64,000 bases of DNA from an uncultured bacterium. GTDB taxonomy: Bacteria > Chloroflexota > Anaerolineae > J036 > Brachytrichaceae. Positions 48,363 through 57,457 of this stretch are shown here, one piece after another (position 1 is the first letter of the stretch; each line of letters starts with the position of its first letter). Both the position numbers and the translations under genes were made by a program. Location: NCBI GenBank assembly GCA_903921365.1, contig CAIXPS010000315.1:19629-83628 (forward strand). Direction: 5' to 3'. A model generated the notes under the pieces. It had not been told where the DNA came from and ran no database searches. It worked only from the letters and a program-made list of their open reading frames with translations.

Positions 48363-49118
48363 ATGAATATCTTTCGCGCAAAGTCTGACTTAAAAAAACA
48401 AAACCTTCAAGTGGCGCAACCAGGCGCGGCAACCGCGGCAATCGCGGAAATGGCAGTTGAGGTGATTGATGTGGTGCGCACCTATCGCGTCGGCGGTAGC
48501 GATGTGATGGCGCTGCGCGCTATCAACCTCGCTGTCCCGGCAGGTAAATGGATTGGCGTCAAAGGGCGCTCTGGAAGCGGTAAAACAACGCTCCTCAACT
48601 GCGTTGGCGGTCTGGATCACCCGAATAGCGGCACAGTGCGCTGCTTCGGGCGCGATATCACACGCATGTCTGACTCAGAACTGACTTCATGGCGTCGCCA
48701 GCAAGTCGGGTTCGTATTCCAGTCATTTGCGTTGCTTCCCACGCTATCAGCATGGGAGAACATCGAGCTTCCGATCCGCATCGCCGGGCAGAAGGGGCGT
48801 CGCGCCCGCACGAAGTACTGCATGGAACTTGTGGGGTTGACCAAGTGGGCCAACCACCGTCCGTATGAGATGTCGGGTGGGCAGCAGCAACGCGTCGCGA
48901 TTGCGCGCGCCCTGGCCAACCATCCCCGGCTCATCCTGGCGGACGAACCGACCGGTGAACTCGATAGCACTACTGCTCGAGAGATCCTCTCCCTGTTCCG
49001 CCACATCGTCGAGACCGAAGGCGTCACGATGCTGATGACAAGCCACGACCCGATTGTGTTGGAGTATGTGGACGAGGTCGTCGAGTTACAGGACGGGCAG
49101 CGCGTGGATAACGGCTGA
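48363..49118 (+). CDS. ABC transporter ATP-binding protein (second NBD)
   Basis: [40 protein letters not shown] at 48363, 4 nt after the previous stop. Confidence 0.88.
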   Translation: MNIFRAKSDLKKQNLQVAQPGAATAAIAEMAVEVIDVVRTYRVGGSDVMALRAINLAVPAGKWIGVKGRSGSGKTTLLNCVGGLDHPNSGTVRCFGRDITRMSDSELTSWRRQQVGFVFQSFALLPTLSAWENIELPIRIAGQKGRRARTKYCMELVGLTKWANHRPYEMSGGQQQRVAIARALANHPRLILADEPTGELDSTTAREILSLFRHIVETEGVTMLMTSHDPIVLEYVDEVVELQDGQRVDNG

Positions 49119-49155
49119 CCGAAATCTATGGCCCCACCGATCCGTAATCGCTTTG

Positions 49156-49416
49156 GTGGGGCAGACCTTCCATCCTGTGCCCTTCGTTTATATCCTGCAG
49201 TGTCGTGATGGCACTCTCTATACCGGCATTGCGAAGGACGTCATCAAGCGGCTGAAAATGCATCGCAGCGGCAAGGGGGCAAAGTACACAGCCACGCGTC
49301 TACCCGTCGAGCTTGTGTGGCAATTCGAAGTGCCTACATGGTCGGATGCGATGCGCGAGGAAAGGCGGATCAAACGCCTTACCCGTAAACAGAAGCTACA
49401 GCTTTTTACGTCGTAG
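49156..49416 (+). CDS. small GIY-YIG nuclease-family protein (UPF0213-like)
   Basis: FVYILQCRDGTLYTGIAKDVIKRLKMH...REERRIKRL. Only TTG (49153) or GTG (49156) starts lie downstream of the ABC gene stop. Confidence 0.75.
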   Translation: MGQTFHPVPFVYILQCRDGTLYTGIAKDVIKRLKMHRSGKGAKYTATRLPVELVWQFEVPTWSDAMREERRIKRLTRKQKLQLFTS

Positions 49417-51231
49417 GACGGGCAAGCCGCGTTGATAGATCCACCACTCGGCCATCAGCAGGAGCAACGCCACAACCGCCAGCCAACCCCACATCTCGCG
49501 TTGCGAGTATTGTGGTTTTACCTCTGACGATGGCGTGACGCCGCCCACCTGCAGGTTTGGGTTCGGTGTGATTTTAGATTCAGCCGGGTTTGAGAACACA
49601 ACGGCGAATGTGCTATTGACATCCTTGAATTGAACCTTGTAGACGCCCAGTTGGTCTGTCTGTGCGAACCCGCGCTGATCGACCGCCACGCGGTTGCCAT
49701 CGGGTAACTGGACAATCGCGTCTCTGGGCAGGGCCACAACATCGCCAGGTCTGACACTTGCCGGTATGTTCAAGCCCTGTGGCGGCGCCAGCCACTCAAT
49801 CGTGTTGGCGATGAGAATAGGGAACGCAACCTGGAGCGGTAAGTCGCTGCGGCGCAGCTCAAACGGGATTAAAACCACACGCCCAAACGGTGCGTTCTCG
49901 CCGGTCATTTCACCGGCAAACAGCAGACGCCCCCCCTGTCCCTCTATGACTGGCTTGAGCCATGCGGGGGTATTCACCCGGCGCACTTCGCTGGTGTTCA
50001 CCGGGCGCCAGTCGACCGATTCGAGCACCGGGTGTTGCTCAGCCCGCACAAAGGCCGTATTGCTGAAACTACCGCTTGTGGTGAAGATGCTCTGTGCGCC
50101 GATAAACAGCACATTCGCGCGAGCGGGCAGCGTCATACTCAGCCCGTCCAACACATAGAGGTCGTAGGGTTTTCCATCAACTTGTTCTGAAGGTGTGATT
50201 GCCCGCGTCACTTGGAGGTTCGGCAGCACAGCAAGCGCTTGTTCAAGGAACTGATTCCCCGGCGTGAGCAGCAGGGCGCGGCGTGTGGCGTCTTTGGCGT
50301 TGACGACGTAGGCCACATCGTCCACTGGCAATGCATTGTGATTGGCCTGGTCGATTGACGCGCGCACCCACGCCGTGAGTGGATCGATGCCATTCACAGT
50401 CCAACTTACGGATTGACCTGCAGGAATATTAAGCGTGCGCGCATCCAGCAGGACGTTTTCCGAGTGCACTGACACAAGCACGCGGTCATCCTGGGAGCCG
50501 GTATTGGTGACGCGCACAAATGCGGCCAGCCCACGGTTGGTTTTTCGCAGCGATAAATTGGATATTGAGATGTTGTCTCCGCTGACGCCAATCGGGATAA
50601 AACGCGCGTTGCCGGTCAATAACTGCAGATCATCTGCATTGACGCCGTCGCTCAGGATCAGCGTCGTCGCGGCGTTGTCTGTGCTATTGCTTCCGGCGGC
50701 AGCCGCTGCCAGTGCTACGCCGGCGCTCCAGTTGGCTGCCGCCAGCGAAGGCTGTGCGACATCGAGCGCGGCATTGAGTTCACTCTTGTTTGTGGTGGCG
50801 CTCGCCAGCGCGCGCGGAGAGCCATCCACGAGAATGAGCGACATCTCGTTATTCGGGCCGAGTTCGTCAATCAGCTTGCGGACTTCGGCTTTGGCTGCAT
50901 CAAACCGCGTGGGGGAGACATCGGTTGCGCGCATACTGGCCGAGCCATCGAGCAACACGACAATTCGACCGCTCAGTGTCGACGGCAGATTCAGGTAGGG
51001 TCGCGTGAGCGCGAAAACGAGGAATGCCAGTGTGAGTAATTGCAGCAGGAGTAATAAGTTGCGCCTGAGCCGTTGCCACAGGGTATTGGCCTCGCGGTCG
51101 AGAATGACCTGTCGCCATAGCAGTGTGCTTGATACTGTTTGTTCGCGCCGCTGCAGGCGCAATAGGTATAGGAGAACAATCGGGATTGCAAGCAGCGCCG
51201 CAACCAGCGCGATCGGGTTCAGGATGTTCAT
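49396..51231 (-). CDS. BatA-like protein: aerotolerance-regulator N-terminal TM domain plus VWA domain
   Basis: MNILNPIALVAALLAIPIVLLYLLRLQRR N-terminus, MIDAS VVLLDGSASM, C-terminal TM helix. Confidence 0.8.
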   Translation of the reverse strand: MNILNPIALVAALLAIPIVLLYLLRLQRREQTVSSTLLWRQVILDREANTLWQRLRRNLLLLLQLLTLAFLVFALTRPYLNLPSTLSGRIVVLLDGSASMRATDVSPTRFDAAKAEVRKLIDELGPNNEMSLILVDGSPRALASATTNKSELNAALDVAQPSLAAANWSAGVALAAAAAGSNSTDNAATTLILSDGVNADDLQLLTGNARFIPIGVSGDNISISNLSLRKTNRGLAAFVRVTNTGSQDDRVLVSVHSENVLLDARTLNIPAGQSVSWTVNGIDPLTAWVRASIDQANHNALPVDDVAYVVNAKDATRRALLLTPGNQFLEQALAVLPNLQVTRAITPSEQVDGKPYDLYVLDGLSMTLPARANVLFIGAQSIFTTSGSFSNTAFVRAEQHPVLESVDWRPVNTSEVRRVNTPAWLKPVIEGQGGRLLFAGEMTGENAPFGRVVLIPFELRRSDLPLQVAFPILIANTIEWLAPPQGLNIPASVRPGDVVALPRDAIVQLPDGNRVAVDQRGFAQTDQLGVYKVQFKDVNSTFAVVFSNPAESKITPNPNLQVGGVTPSSEVKPQYSQREMWGWLAVVALLLLMAEWWIYQRGLPVLRRKKL

Positions 51232-51253
51232 CGATTCACCGCTGGCAGTTGTC

Positions 51254-52168
51254 TCATGCAATCCACCCCGCATGGCGCAGATCGCGCAGGACGATCTTTT
51301 CCACCGCTTCCCCGGTGTCTGTCAGGTGGTACTTGCCGCCACGACGCCGGCAGAATTCCGAAAGTTCACCCGTCCACTGCGTCAACCGTTGGCGATACTG
51401 ATTCAGCGCGGCATCGTCCAGGCTGATGTCCTGGGTCGCGGAGGTTTCAATATCGCGCAGTCGCAGGTCGCCGGCAAATTCTGGATCAAGCTCTGCCGGG
51501 CTGAGCGTGTGCAGCACGTTGAGGTCCAGGCGGCTGCTTCCAAGCGCATTTAACCCATCGGCATAGCCATCGGGATCGAGAAAGTCGGATATGACGATAC
51601 ACAACCCGGGGCGAGCGTCGAGCGCATAGCGCTTCCACCAGTTGTTCAGGTTGGTGCTCTGAGTAACCCGGTTCGGGGAAACTCGGCCATCTGCGATCTC
51701 AGCAGGAAGCGTTTCGCGTTCGATGAACTCAATCACGCCGGATGTTGCGGCCACACCGCGTTTTGGCCCATAGCGCGCGCGCGAACTGGTCTCGATGACA
51801 AGCCGGTCTCCGGAGATGAGTGTGATGTAGCACATTGCCACTGCCAGTTGTGAAGCGCGTTCCCACTTTGGCGATGAGGGCGCGTTTTCTTCTCGCCATT
51901 GCATGGACGGGCTCGCATCAAGCAACACGTGAACCGTCAGGTCTTCCTCGTCCTCATACAGTTTGATGTAGGGGCGCTCGAGTCGCGCGTATATGTTCCA
52001 GTCCACGCGGCGCGGGTCGTCGCCAGGGGTGTAATCGCGGTAATCGGCAAACTCGACGGAACGCCCGCGCCGCGGGCTGCGTCGTTCGCCGGTGGTTACA
52101 CCTGGCCGGCGTCGTGGTTGCACAAACTGCAGACTACTCAACGAACGAAGAATCGGTTCGATTTGCAT
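51254..52168 (-). CDS. DUF58-domain protein
   Basis: RRGRSVEFADYRDYTPGDDPRRVDWNIYAR motif. Confidence 0.85.
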   Translation of the reverse strand: MQIEPILRSLSSLQFVQPRRRPGVTTGERRSPRRGRSVEFADYRDYTPGDDPRRVDWNIYARLERPYIKLYEDEEDLTVHVLLDASPSMQWREENAPSSPKWERASQLAVAMCYITLISGDRLVIETSSRARYGPKRGVAATSGVIEFIERETLPAEIADGRVSPNRVTQSTNLNNWWKRYALDARPGLCIVISDFLDPDGYADGLNALGSSRLDLNVLHTLSPAELDPEFAGDLRLRDIETSATQDISLDDAALNQYRQRLTQWTGELSEFCRRRGGKYHLTDTGEAVEKIVLRDLRHAGWIA

Positions 52169-52172
52169 GTCG

Positions 52173-53189
52173 CTATAGCAGGCTCAGTATCCTGTCGGTC
52201 AACGCGCGAGTTGACGCCTGACCGCCCATGTCCGCCGTCCGAAGCCCCTGGTCAATGGCCGCATACACCGCGCTCTCAACCCGGTCTGCTTCTTCAGACA
52301 TGTGCCAATGATACCGGAGAAGCAGGGCGGCGCTCAGGATGGCGCCGCTCGGATTGGCGATGCCTTTGCCGGCAATGTCTGGCGCGCTGCCATGCACCGG
52401 TTCCGCAATCGCCACACCCCGCCCGATATTGAGCGCCGGCGCGACGCCCATGCCGCCGCCCCATACGCTCGCGACGTCGGATAGGATGTCGCCGAAGAGG
52501 TTGGTTGTAACGATGACGTCGAACTGCTGCGGGCGGGATGCCAGCAGCATGGCGGCTGTATCAACGAGCAACTCGTTTATTGTTACAGCAGGGAAGTCGA
52601 CGCCAACCGCGCGCGCGCAATCACGGAATCTTCCATCTGTAATTGGCAGAATGTTGGCTTTGTGCACGATGGTGAGCTGTTTGCGCGGACGTCCGTTAGC
52701 CAGTTCAAAAGCCACGCGCGCGATGCGTTCCGACGCGCTTTTTGTGATGACGCGTTCGGCAATGGCTTCCTCGCCACGCATGTACTCTCGCCCGATATAC
52801 AACCCCTGAGTGTTTTCGCGCGCGATGAGCAGGTCAATCGGCGCCCCGCTGATGCGCCTCACGCCGTCGGCGGCATTCAGCTCGCGCGTAGGCCGCAGGT
52901 TGGCGTATAGATCAAAGTGTTGGCGCATCTGGACGATAGGGCTGCGATATCCTTCGACCTTTCTGGATGGCGACGATACGGCGCCGAACAGCGCTGCGCC
53001 GCAACTCTCGATGGCGCTGAGGGTCGCATCGGGCAACGCGTTGCCAGTGCGGGTGAAACAGTCCCAGCCGGCATCGGCCTGGACGAGGTTCAGGTTGGCA
53101 GTGACACGCTGGAGCACTTCGACGGCGCACGGGATGACTTCGCGCCCGACGCCATCGCCGGGGATAACACACAAGTTGAGCGGTTTCAT
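52173..53189 (-). CDS. isocitrate/isopropylmalate dehydrogenase-family enzyme (short, LeuB/homoisocitrate-DH-like)
   Basis: CVIPGDGVGREV N-terminus, RENTQGLY, TNLFGDILSD motifs; 338 aa. Confidence 0.85.
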   Translation of the reverse strand: MKPLNLCVIPGDGVGREVIPCAVEVLQRVTANLNLVQADAGWDCFTRTGNALPDATLSAIESCGAALFGAVSSPSRKVEGYRSPIVQMRQHFDLYANLRPTRELNAADGVRRISGAPIDLLIARENTQGLYIGREYMRGEEAIAERVITKSASERIARVAFELANGRPRKQLTIVHKANILPITDGRFRDCARAVGVDFPAVTINELLVDTAAMLLASRPQQFDVIVTTNLFGDILSDVASVWGGGMGVAPALNIGRGVAIAEPVHGSAPDIAGKGIANPSGAILSAALLLRYHWHMSEEADRVESAVYAAIDQGLRTADMGGQASTRALTDRILSLL

Positions 53190-54397
53190 GATTTACTCTG
53201 GTTCAGTTGAGGGGATTCTACTGGCGACTTAGTTTGTGGTTGTGGTGTTTGCAGCGATAGCGCTGCTTTCGCTTTCATGATGGCGGAGTGTTGCTGGTGC
53301 AGTGTCGCCTGGCGCAGTTGATGTTGATAAGCGCGCGTATACAGCAGCACTGCAAGGGTTGCGAGCGAGAGCAGAGCCGCAGAAAACTGCTCAACATAAA
53401 ACGTGAAGACGTTGACAACACACAAATTCAGGATAAGCGCCAGTTGCACCCAGAATAGCCCGTATAGCTTGCGCCCCGTGAGGAAAATAATGACGCCATA
53501 CAAGGTGATTCCGGCTGTGATCACGTTTAACAACAAGTCGATATCACTGATCGACATGTCGAACGGCGAGAATGCCCTGAGTCCTGCTGACACATACAAC
53601 TGCTGGATCGAGGCAGCTATTGACGGAGCGATGACAGGCAGGATCAGCGACACAAAAAAAGCTGTTAACGATGCCAGGCTATTCAGGGTCAGCACGGTCA
53701 ACAGGGCGATCGTTGAAACCTTCTGACGGTGAATGAACTGCCGGAGAGCCCAGTGTTCAACTTGCCCGCTGATGATCTGCCAGCGCGACTGACCCGGTTT
53801 CACTGCTTCGCTGTCGGCAAAAACCTGCAATGCTTGCGCGAGCGCCACATGATCGGGGTCTTTCAGGTTTTTGACGATGTAGTTCAGGTCGGCATCGACG
53901 TGGCGATGCCATTGGTCTGTTTGACGTCCTTCCAGCAACAACTCGGCATCCTCTAACGCACTGACCACCAACTCCTCGTCCGTCGCTTTTCGGCCGTGCC
54001 GGCGCAGCAGGAAGAATACCAGCGCGATGATCAGCGACACGATATAGATAATCGGAGCCGCGGGTTTGAAGAAATAGTCGTTGTTTGCCGTGATGAACTT
54101 GCCGACTTCATCAAAGAACAACCCCAGCCCGATTCCTGTGAGGATTGAGCCAATGCGCTGTGCGGTGGGCGAGGCGTAGATGAGCATCAACAGGCAGGCG
54201 GTTGTCAACATGATGCCGCCATACAACAAGTGCGCGATGTGCAGCGTTGAGTTTCCAAGCCGGGGGTATCCTGTCAGATCAAGGAAAATGCGCACAATCA
54301 GAACTGTGGCGCCGAAGGCGACCAGCACGTTCAACACGAGTTGAGGCGAGTTGGTGCGGTGAACGAGAGTTGGGAGTTTCGGTTTGGGAAATCTCAT
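53186..54397 (-). CDS. hypothetical polytopic membrane protein
   Basis: About 8 TM helices around a soluble middle region; HIAHLLYGG...GLFFDEVGKF motif. Start set at MRFPKPK (54397) to avoid overlap with the upstream gene. Confidence 0.5.
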   Translation of the reverse strand: MRFPKPKLPTLVHRTNSPQLVLNVLVAFGATVLIVRIFLDLTGYPRLGNSTLHIAHLLYGGIMLTTACLLMLIYASPTAQRIGSILTGIGLGLFFDEVGKFITANNDYFFKPAAPIIYIVSLIIALVFFLLRRHGRKATDEELVVSALEDAELLLEGRQTDQWHRHVDADLNYIVKNLKDPDHVALAQALQVFADSEAVKPGQSRWQIISGQVEHWALRQFIHRQKVSTIALLTVLTLNSLASLTAFFVSLILPVIAPSIAASIQQLYVSAGLRAFSPFDMSISDIDLLLNVITAGITLYGVIIFLTGRKLYGLFWVQLALILNLCVVNVFTFYVEQFSAALLSLATLAVLLYTRAYQHQLRQATLHQQHSAIMKAKAALSLQTPQPQTKSPVESPQLNQSKS

Positions 54398-54428
54398 TTG
54401 CCTGTATTTTATCTGGTTGCAGCCGTTT

Positions 54429-55508
54429 CTACTTATCGACGACGACAAGGCGAGATATTTCGTTTCCGATTGCATCGGTGTTCACATACTGGTTTGCCAG
54501 GATGATGATCGTGATATGCTCTTTCTGGAAACGGGTGATCAATGTTGAAAAGCCCGCCAGGACGCCGGCGTGTTCCACTACGGCGCGGTTAAGGCGCTTG
54601 CGGATGAACCAGCCATAACCGTAACTCTCGGCGGATGCGCCAGCCGTCCGGACATACGCCTTGAACAGCAGTTTCTCCATTCTTGCCGGAAGCAGCGTGT
54701 TTGCATCCAGTGCGTTTGACCAACGGCCTAAATCCTCGATGGAGGCATACAGACCACCGGGCGCATAAGCCACGGACATATCCATGTAGTCTGATCGCTC
54801 AGCGTCATCATAGCCGACCGCCAGATCAGTTCCAATCGCATTATCAGGGTCATAACCGCTATCGTTCATCTGCAACGGGTCAAAGATGTTCTCGCGCAGG
54901 AACTGCGCCAAAGATTCAGCTGATACCTGCTCGATCACATACCCCAGCAGCGCGTAGCCAGAATTGCTGTAGCGCCAGCCTGTGCCCGGCGCAAACCAGA
55001 GCGGCTTGTTGCGAAACCAGCCGATCAATTCCGTCGGGTTGTGGGGGTATCCCATTTGCGCGCCGAAGTCGTTGAAAGACATGTAATCTTGAATGCCGGA
55101 AGTATGGGTCAGCAAGTGATGGAGCGTGATATCCTTCCATGCGCGCGGGCAGTCGGGGATGTGCGCGCAGACATGATCCCGCACAGACAACTTGTGTTGT
55201 TTCTGCAGGATCAGGATCGACATGGCGATGAATTGTTTGCTGACCGATGCGAGGATATAGCGCGTCTGGGGTGTGTTCGAAACCCCATTCTCTCGGTCGG
55301 CCAGCCCATAGCCTTTGCTGAACAGGATATCGCCGTTTTTCGACACCAGCACTGATCCACTGAAGGCGCCGGTTGCGGTGAGGTGACTCAGATAAGCGTC
55401 AATCCGGGTTGTCGGGCTCGTTGGAGCGCCCTCTTCGGCATTTACCGTTAGAGTCGAAGTGCCGAAAACCAGCGACACGCAGATGAGGAAGACAACAAGC
55501 CTGGACAA
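54429..55508 (-). CDS. secreted serine hydrolase, class-C beta-lactamase/PBP4* family
   Basis: SVSKQF (SxxK), YSNSGY (YxN), EHAG (HxG). The TTG at 55508 gives signal peptide MSRLVVFLICVSLVFGTSTLTVNA; the ORF-track start is 55586. Confidence 0.8.
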   Translation of the reverse strand: MSRLVVFLICVSLVFGTSTLTVNAEEGAPTSPTTRIDAYLSHLTATGAFSGSVLVSKNGDILFSKGYGLADRENGVSNTPQTRYILASVSKQFIAMSILILQKQHKLSVRDHVCAHIPDCPRAWKDITLHHLLTHTSGIQDYMSFNDFGAQMGYPHNPTELIGWFRNKPLWFAPGTGWRYSNSGYALLGYVIEQVSAESLAQFLRENIFDPLQMNDSGYDPDNAIGTDLAVGYDDAERSDYMDMSVAYAPGGLYASIEDLGRWSNALDANTLLPARMEKLLFKAYVRTAGASAESYGYGWFIRKRLNRAVVEHAGVLAGFSTLITRFQKEHITIIILANQYVNTDAIGNEISRLVVVDK

Positions 55509-55653
55509 TTTAAGAGTGAACTCCCTGCCATATCTGTAGCAAAGGGCAACCGGTTGCAAAGGGCAACTGTCTGTGGCAACGGGCAACCGCGAGGGATTGC
55601 CCCCTACCGAGCAACAAACCGAAGACCACTAATGTGGTGAATGATATACCCGG

Positions 55654-55698
55654 AAGGTTGCGAGAGTTGCCAAGGTTGCGAAAGTCGCGAAGGTCGAC
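55654..55698. repeat. five tandem degenerate 9-mers (AAGGTTGCG consensus)
   Basis: aaggttgcg agagttgcc aaggttgcg aaagtcgcg aaggtcgac, in the divergent spacer between the hydrolase gene and arfB. Confidence 0.7.
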
Positions 55699-55757
55699 GC
55701 AGGGGTGTGATTGTAGCAATGACCAGGTATGCGAAATGCGATTAACACGGAACGCAG

Positions 55758-55779
55758 GACAGGCTAAGACAGGCTAAGA
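55758..55779. repeat. 10-bp tandem direct repeat GACAGGCTAA x2 just upstream of arfB
   Basis: gacaggctaa gacaggctaa ga, read directly. Confidence 0.8.
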
Positions 55780-55819
55780 TTGTAGTGTTGTGGAAGAAAA
55801 TCCTGTTTCCGACAATGTC

Positions 55820-56239
55820 ATGATCATCAAAGACAGCGTGCGCATCCCGTATGCTGATCTCTCGTTTCGCACTGCGCGCAGCAGCGGCCCAGGCGGCCAG
55901 CACACGAATAAAACCGAGACAGCCGTGGAGTTGCTATTCGATCTGGCCAACACTACCTGGCTGACTGCGGCTGAGCGGGCGCAGGCGATACAACGGCTGG
56001 CGTCTTACCTCGACTCCAGCGGCGTGTTGCATCTCGAGTCTCAGTCAGAGCGCAGCCAGTTGCGGAATCGTGAAGAAGTCACCGCCCGGTTTGTTGCGCT
56101 GCTAAAGGCTGCGCTTGTGCCAGTGAAGCATCGTCGCAAGACCAAGCCATCGCGCGCCGCCCGTGAGCGCAGGCTCGCGCACAAGCACCAAGTTGGAGAT
56201 GTAAAAAGCGCGCGTCGCCGGCCATCGCATGACGAATAA
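55820..56239 (+). CDS. arfB: ribosome-rescue peptidyl-tRNA hydrolase ArfB (YaeJ)
   Basis: SGPGGQHTNKTETAVEL GGQ motif and basic C-terminal tail KHRRKTKPSRAARERRL. An in-frame GTG at 55790 is an alternative start. Confidence 0.88.
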   Translation: MIIKDSVRIPYADLSFRTARSSGPGGQHTNKTETAVELLFDLANTTWLTAAERAQAIQRLASYLDSSGVLHLESQSERSQLRNREEVTARFVALLKAALVPVKHRRKTKPSRAARERRLAHKHQVGDVKSARRRPSHDE

Positions 56240-56271
56240 AAACGGCAGCAATGACGATTGCTGCCGTTTTA
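56238..56271. terminator. bidirectional intrinsic terminator between arfB and the cytochrome bc operon
   Basis: AAAAACGGCAGCAAT-gacg-ATTGCTGCCGTTTT; 12-bp stem flanked by A and T runs. Confidence 0.8.
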
Positions 56272-56313
56272 TACAGTGCTCAGTGGGCAGTGCGTCTGCC
56301 CGCCAAAGCCTTG

Positions 56314-57441
56314 CTACTTCTTGGGTTTCTCCGGCGCGCCAGCCTTCACCCACCGCTCGAAGATCGCAACCAGATCGGGGCTGAGCGCCTTGGTCGGCGG
56401 CATCTCACCGCCGGCGTCGATCTTTTCTCGATGGATCATGCGGATCAGATTCGAGTTCAGGTCGCCCGGAACGACGTTCGGTTTGTGATCGCCGCTGTTC
56501 ATCACATCGGCGTAGCTGCCCATCACGTAGTTGTTGTTTTCCTTGCCGGGGCGGTGACAAGACACGCAGTATCGTTTCACGATGGGCGCGATGTTGACGT
56601 CATAGGAGGGAATGTCAGTTGGCCCAAGCGTTGGGATCGCGTTCGTTTGCGCGGCTTCCTTGGGGAGTTCCACACGGTTGTCCCATGTGTAGCGCAGGTA
56701 AGTAACCAGGTTTCCAATGTCGCTGCGTGAGAGTTCTCCGCCGAAGGCTTTGCCAAAGGGCGGCATGCCCAGGCTGGGCTGACCGTACTCGATGATGTTG
56801 TACAGGGTGTCATCCGAGCGGGTGTACATCTCGTCCTGGGAGTTGATCGGTTTCATCTTGAACCCTTCCAACCCCTTCACGCCCTTGATCACACCGCCTT
56901 CACCTTCTGCCCCGTGACACTCGTTGCACTGCACCGAGTAGAAGTCCAGGCCGGCCGCGATTTTTGCGGGCAGGGTGGTGGCGACGGCGCCTACGTCCTT
57001 TTGTGGCGGCGTCGTAATGACCGCCCGAATTGTCAGGAACACCATGGCGGCCACAACGACGCTCATGAATGTCAGCGCAAATTTGCGTCGCTTCCAGTGC
57101 CGGTTGGGATTCTTGTCATAAAACGGCAGCAATAACAAAGCGATGACTGCCGCGCCCGGGATGATCGTTGTGCCGACCCACTCGATACTGCCGGGAAAGA
57201 ACTTCAACATCTCGAACAGGAAGAGGAAGTACCACTCTGGTCGCGGGATGTAGGTCGTGTCGCTTGGGTCAGCGCGCGGTTCCGCGGCAACGCCAATGAA
57301 TGCCGCCAAACCTACCAGCAGCAGGAACAGCGCAATTGCGATCAGCAGGTCTTTATAAAGGGTGTCCGGGAAGAATTTCTCGCCGTTGCGCTTGGCGCGC
57401 TTGTACTTTTCGTTGTACTGGGCTTTTTGTATATCGTTCAT
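56314..57441 (-). CDS. cytochrome bc-complex subunit IV fused to a di-haem cytochrome c
   Basis: PetD/QcrC-like PRPEWYFLFLFEMLKFFPG, then CNECH and CVSCH haem motifs. ATG at 57441 (MNDIQKA) has an AGGA RBS. Confidence 0.8.
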   Translation of the reverse strand: MNDIQKAQYNEKYKRAKRNGEKFFPDTLYKDLLIAIALFLLLVGLAAFIGVAAEPRADPSDTTYIPRPEWYFLFLFEMLKFFPGSIEWVGTTIIPGAAVIALLLLPFYDKNPNRHWKRRKFALTFMSVVVAAMVFLTIRAVITTPPQKDVGAVATTLPAKIAAGLDFYSVQCNECHGAEGEGGVIKGVKGLEGFKMKPINSQDEMYTRSDDTLYNIIEYGQPSLGMPPFGKAFGGELSRSDIGNLVTYLRYTWDNRVELPKEAAQTNAIPTLGPTDIPSYDVNIAPIVKRYCVSCHRPGKENNNYVMGSYADVMNSGDHKPNVVPGDLNSNLIRMIHREKIDAGGEMPPTKALSPDLVAIFERWVKAGAPEKPKK

Positions 57442-57457
57442 TATCAACGTCCTGTGA

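Noticed and set aside
49156-49416. GIY-YIG gene as a homing endonuclease or mobile element
   Set aside because: It is a small stand-alone UPF0213-type domain with no DNA-binding extension. No intron or intein context, flanking repeats or integrase is present.
55654-55698. Possible CRISPR or minisatellite reading of the 9-mer array
   Set aside because: The units are contiguous with no spacers, only 9 bp long and degenerate. No cas genes are in the window.
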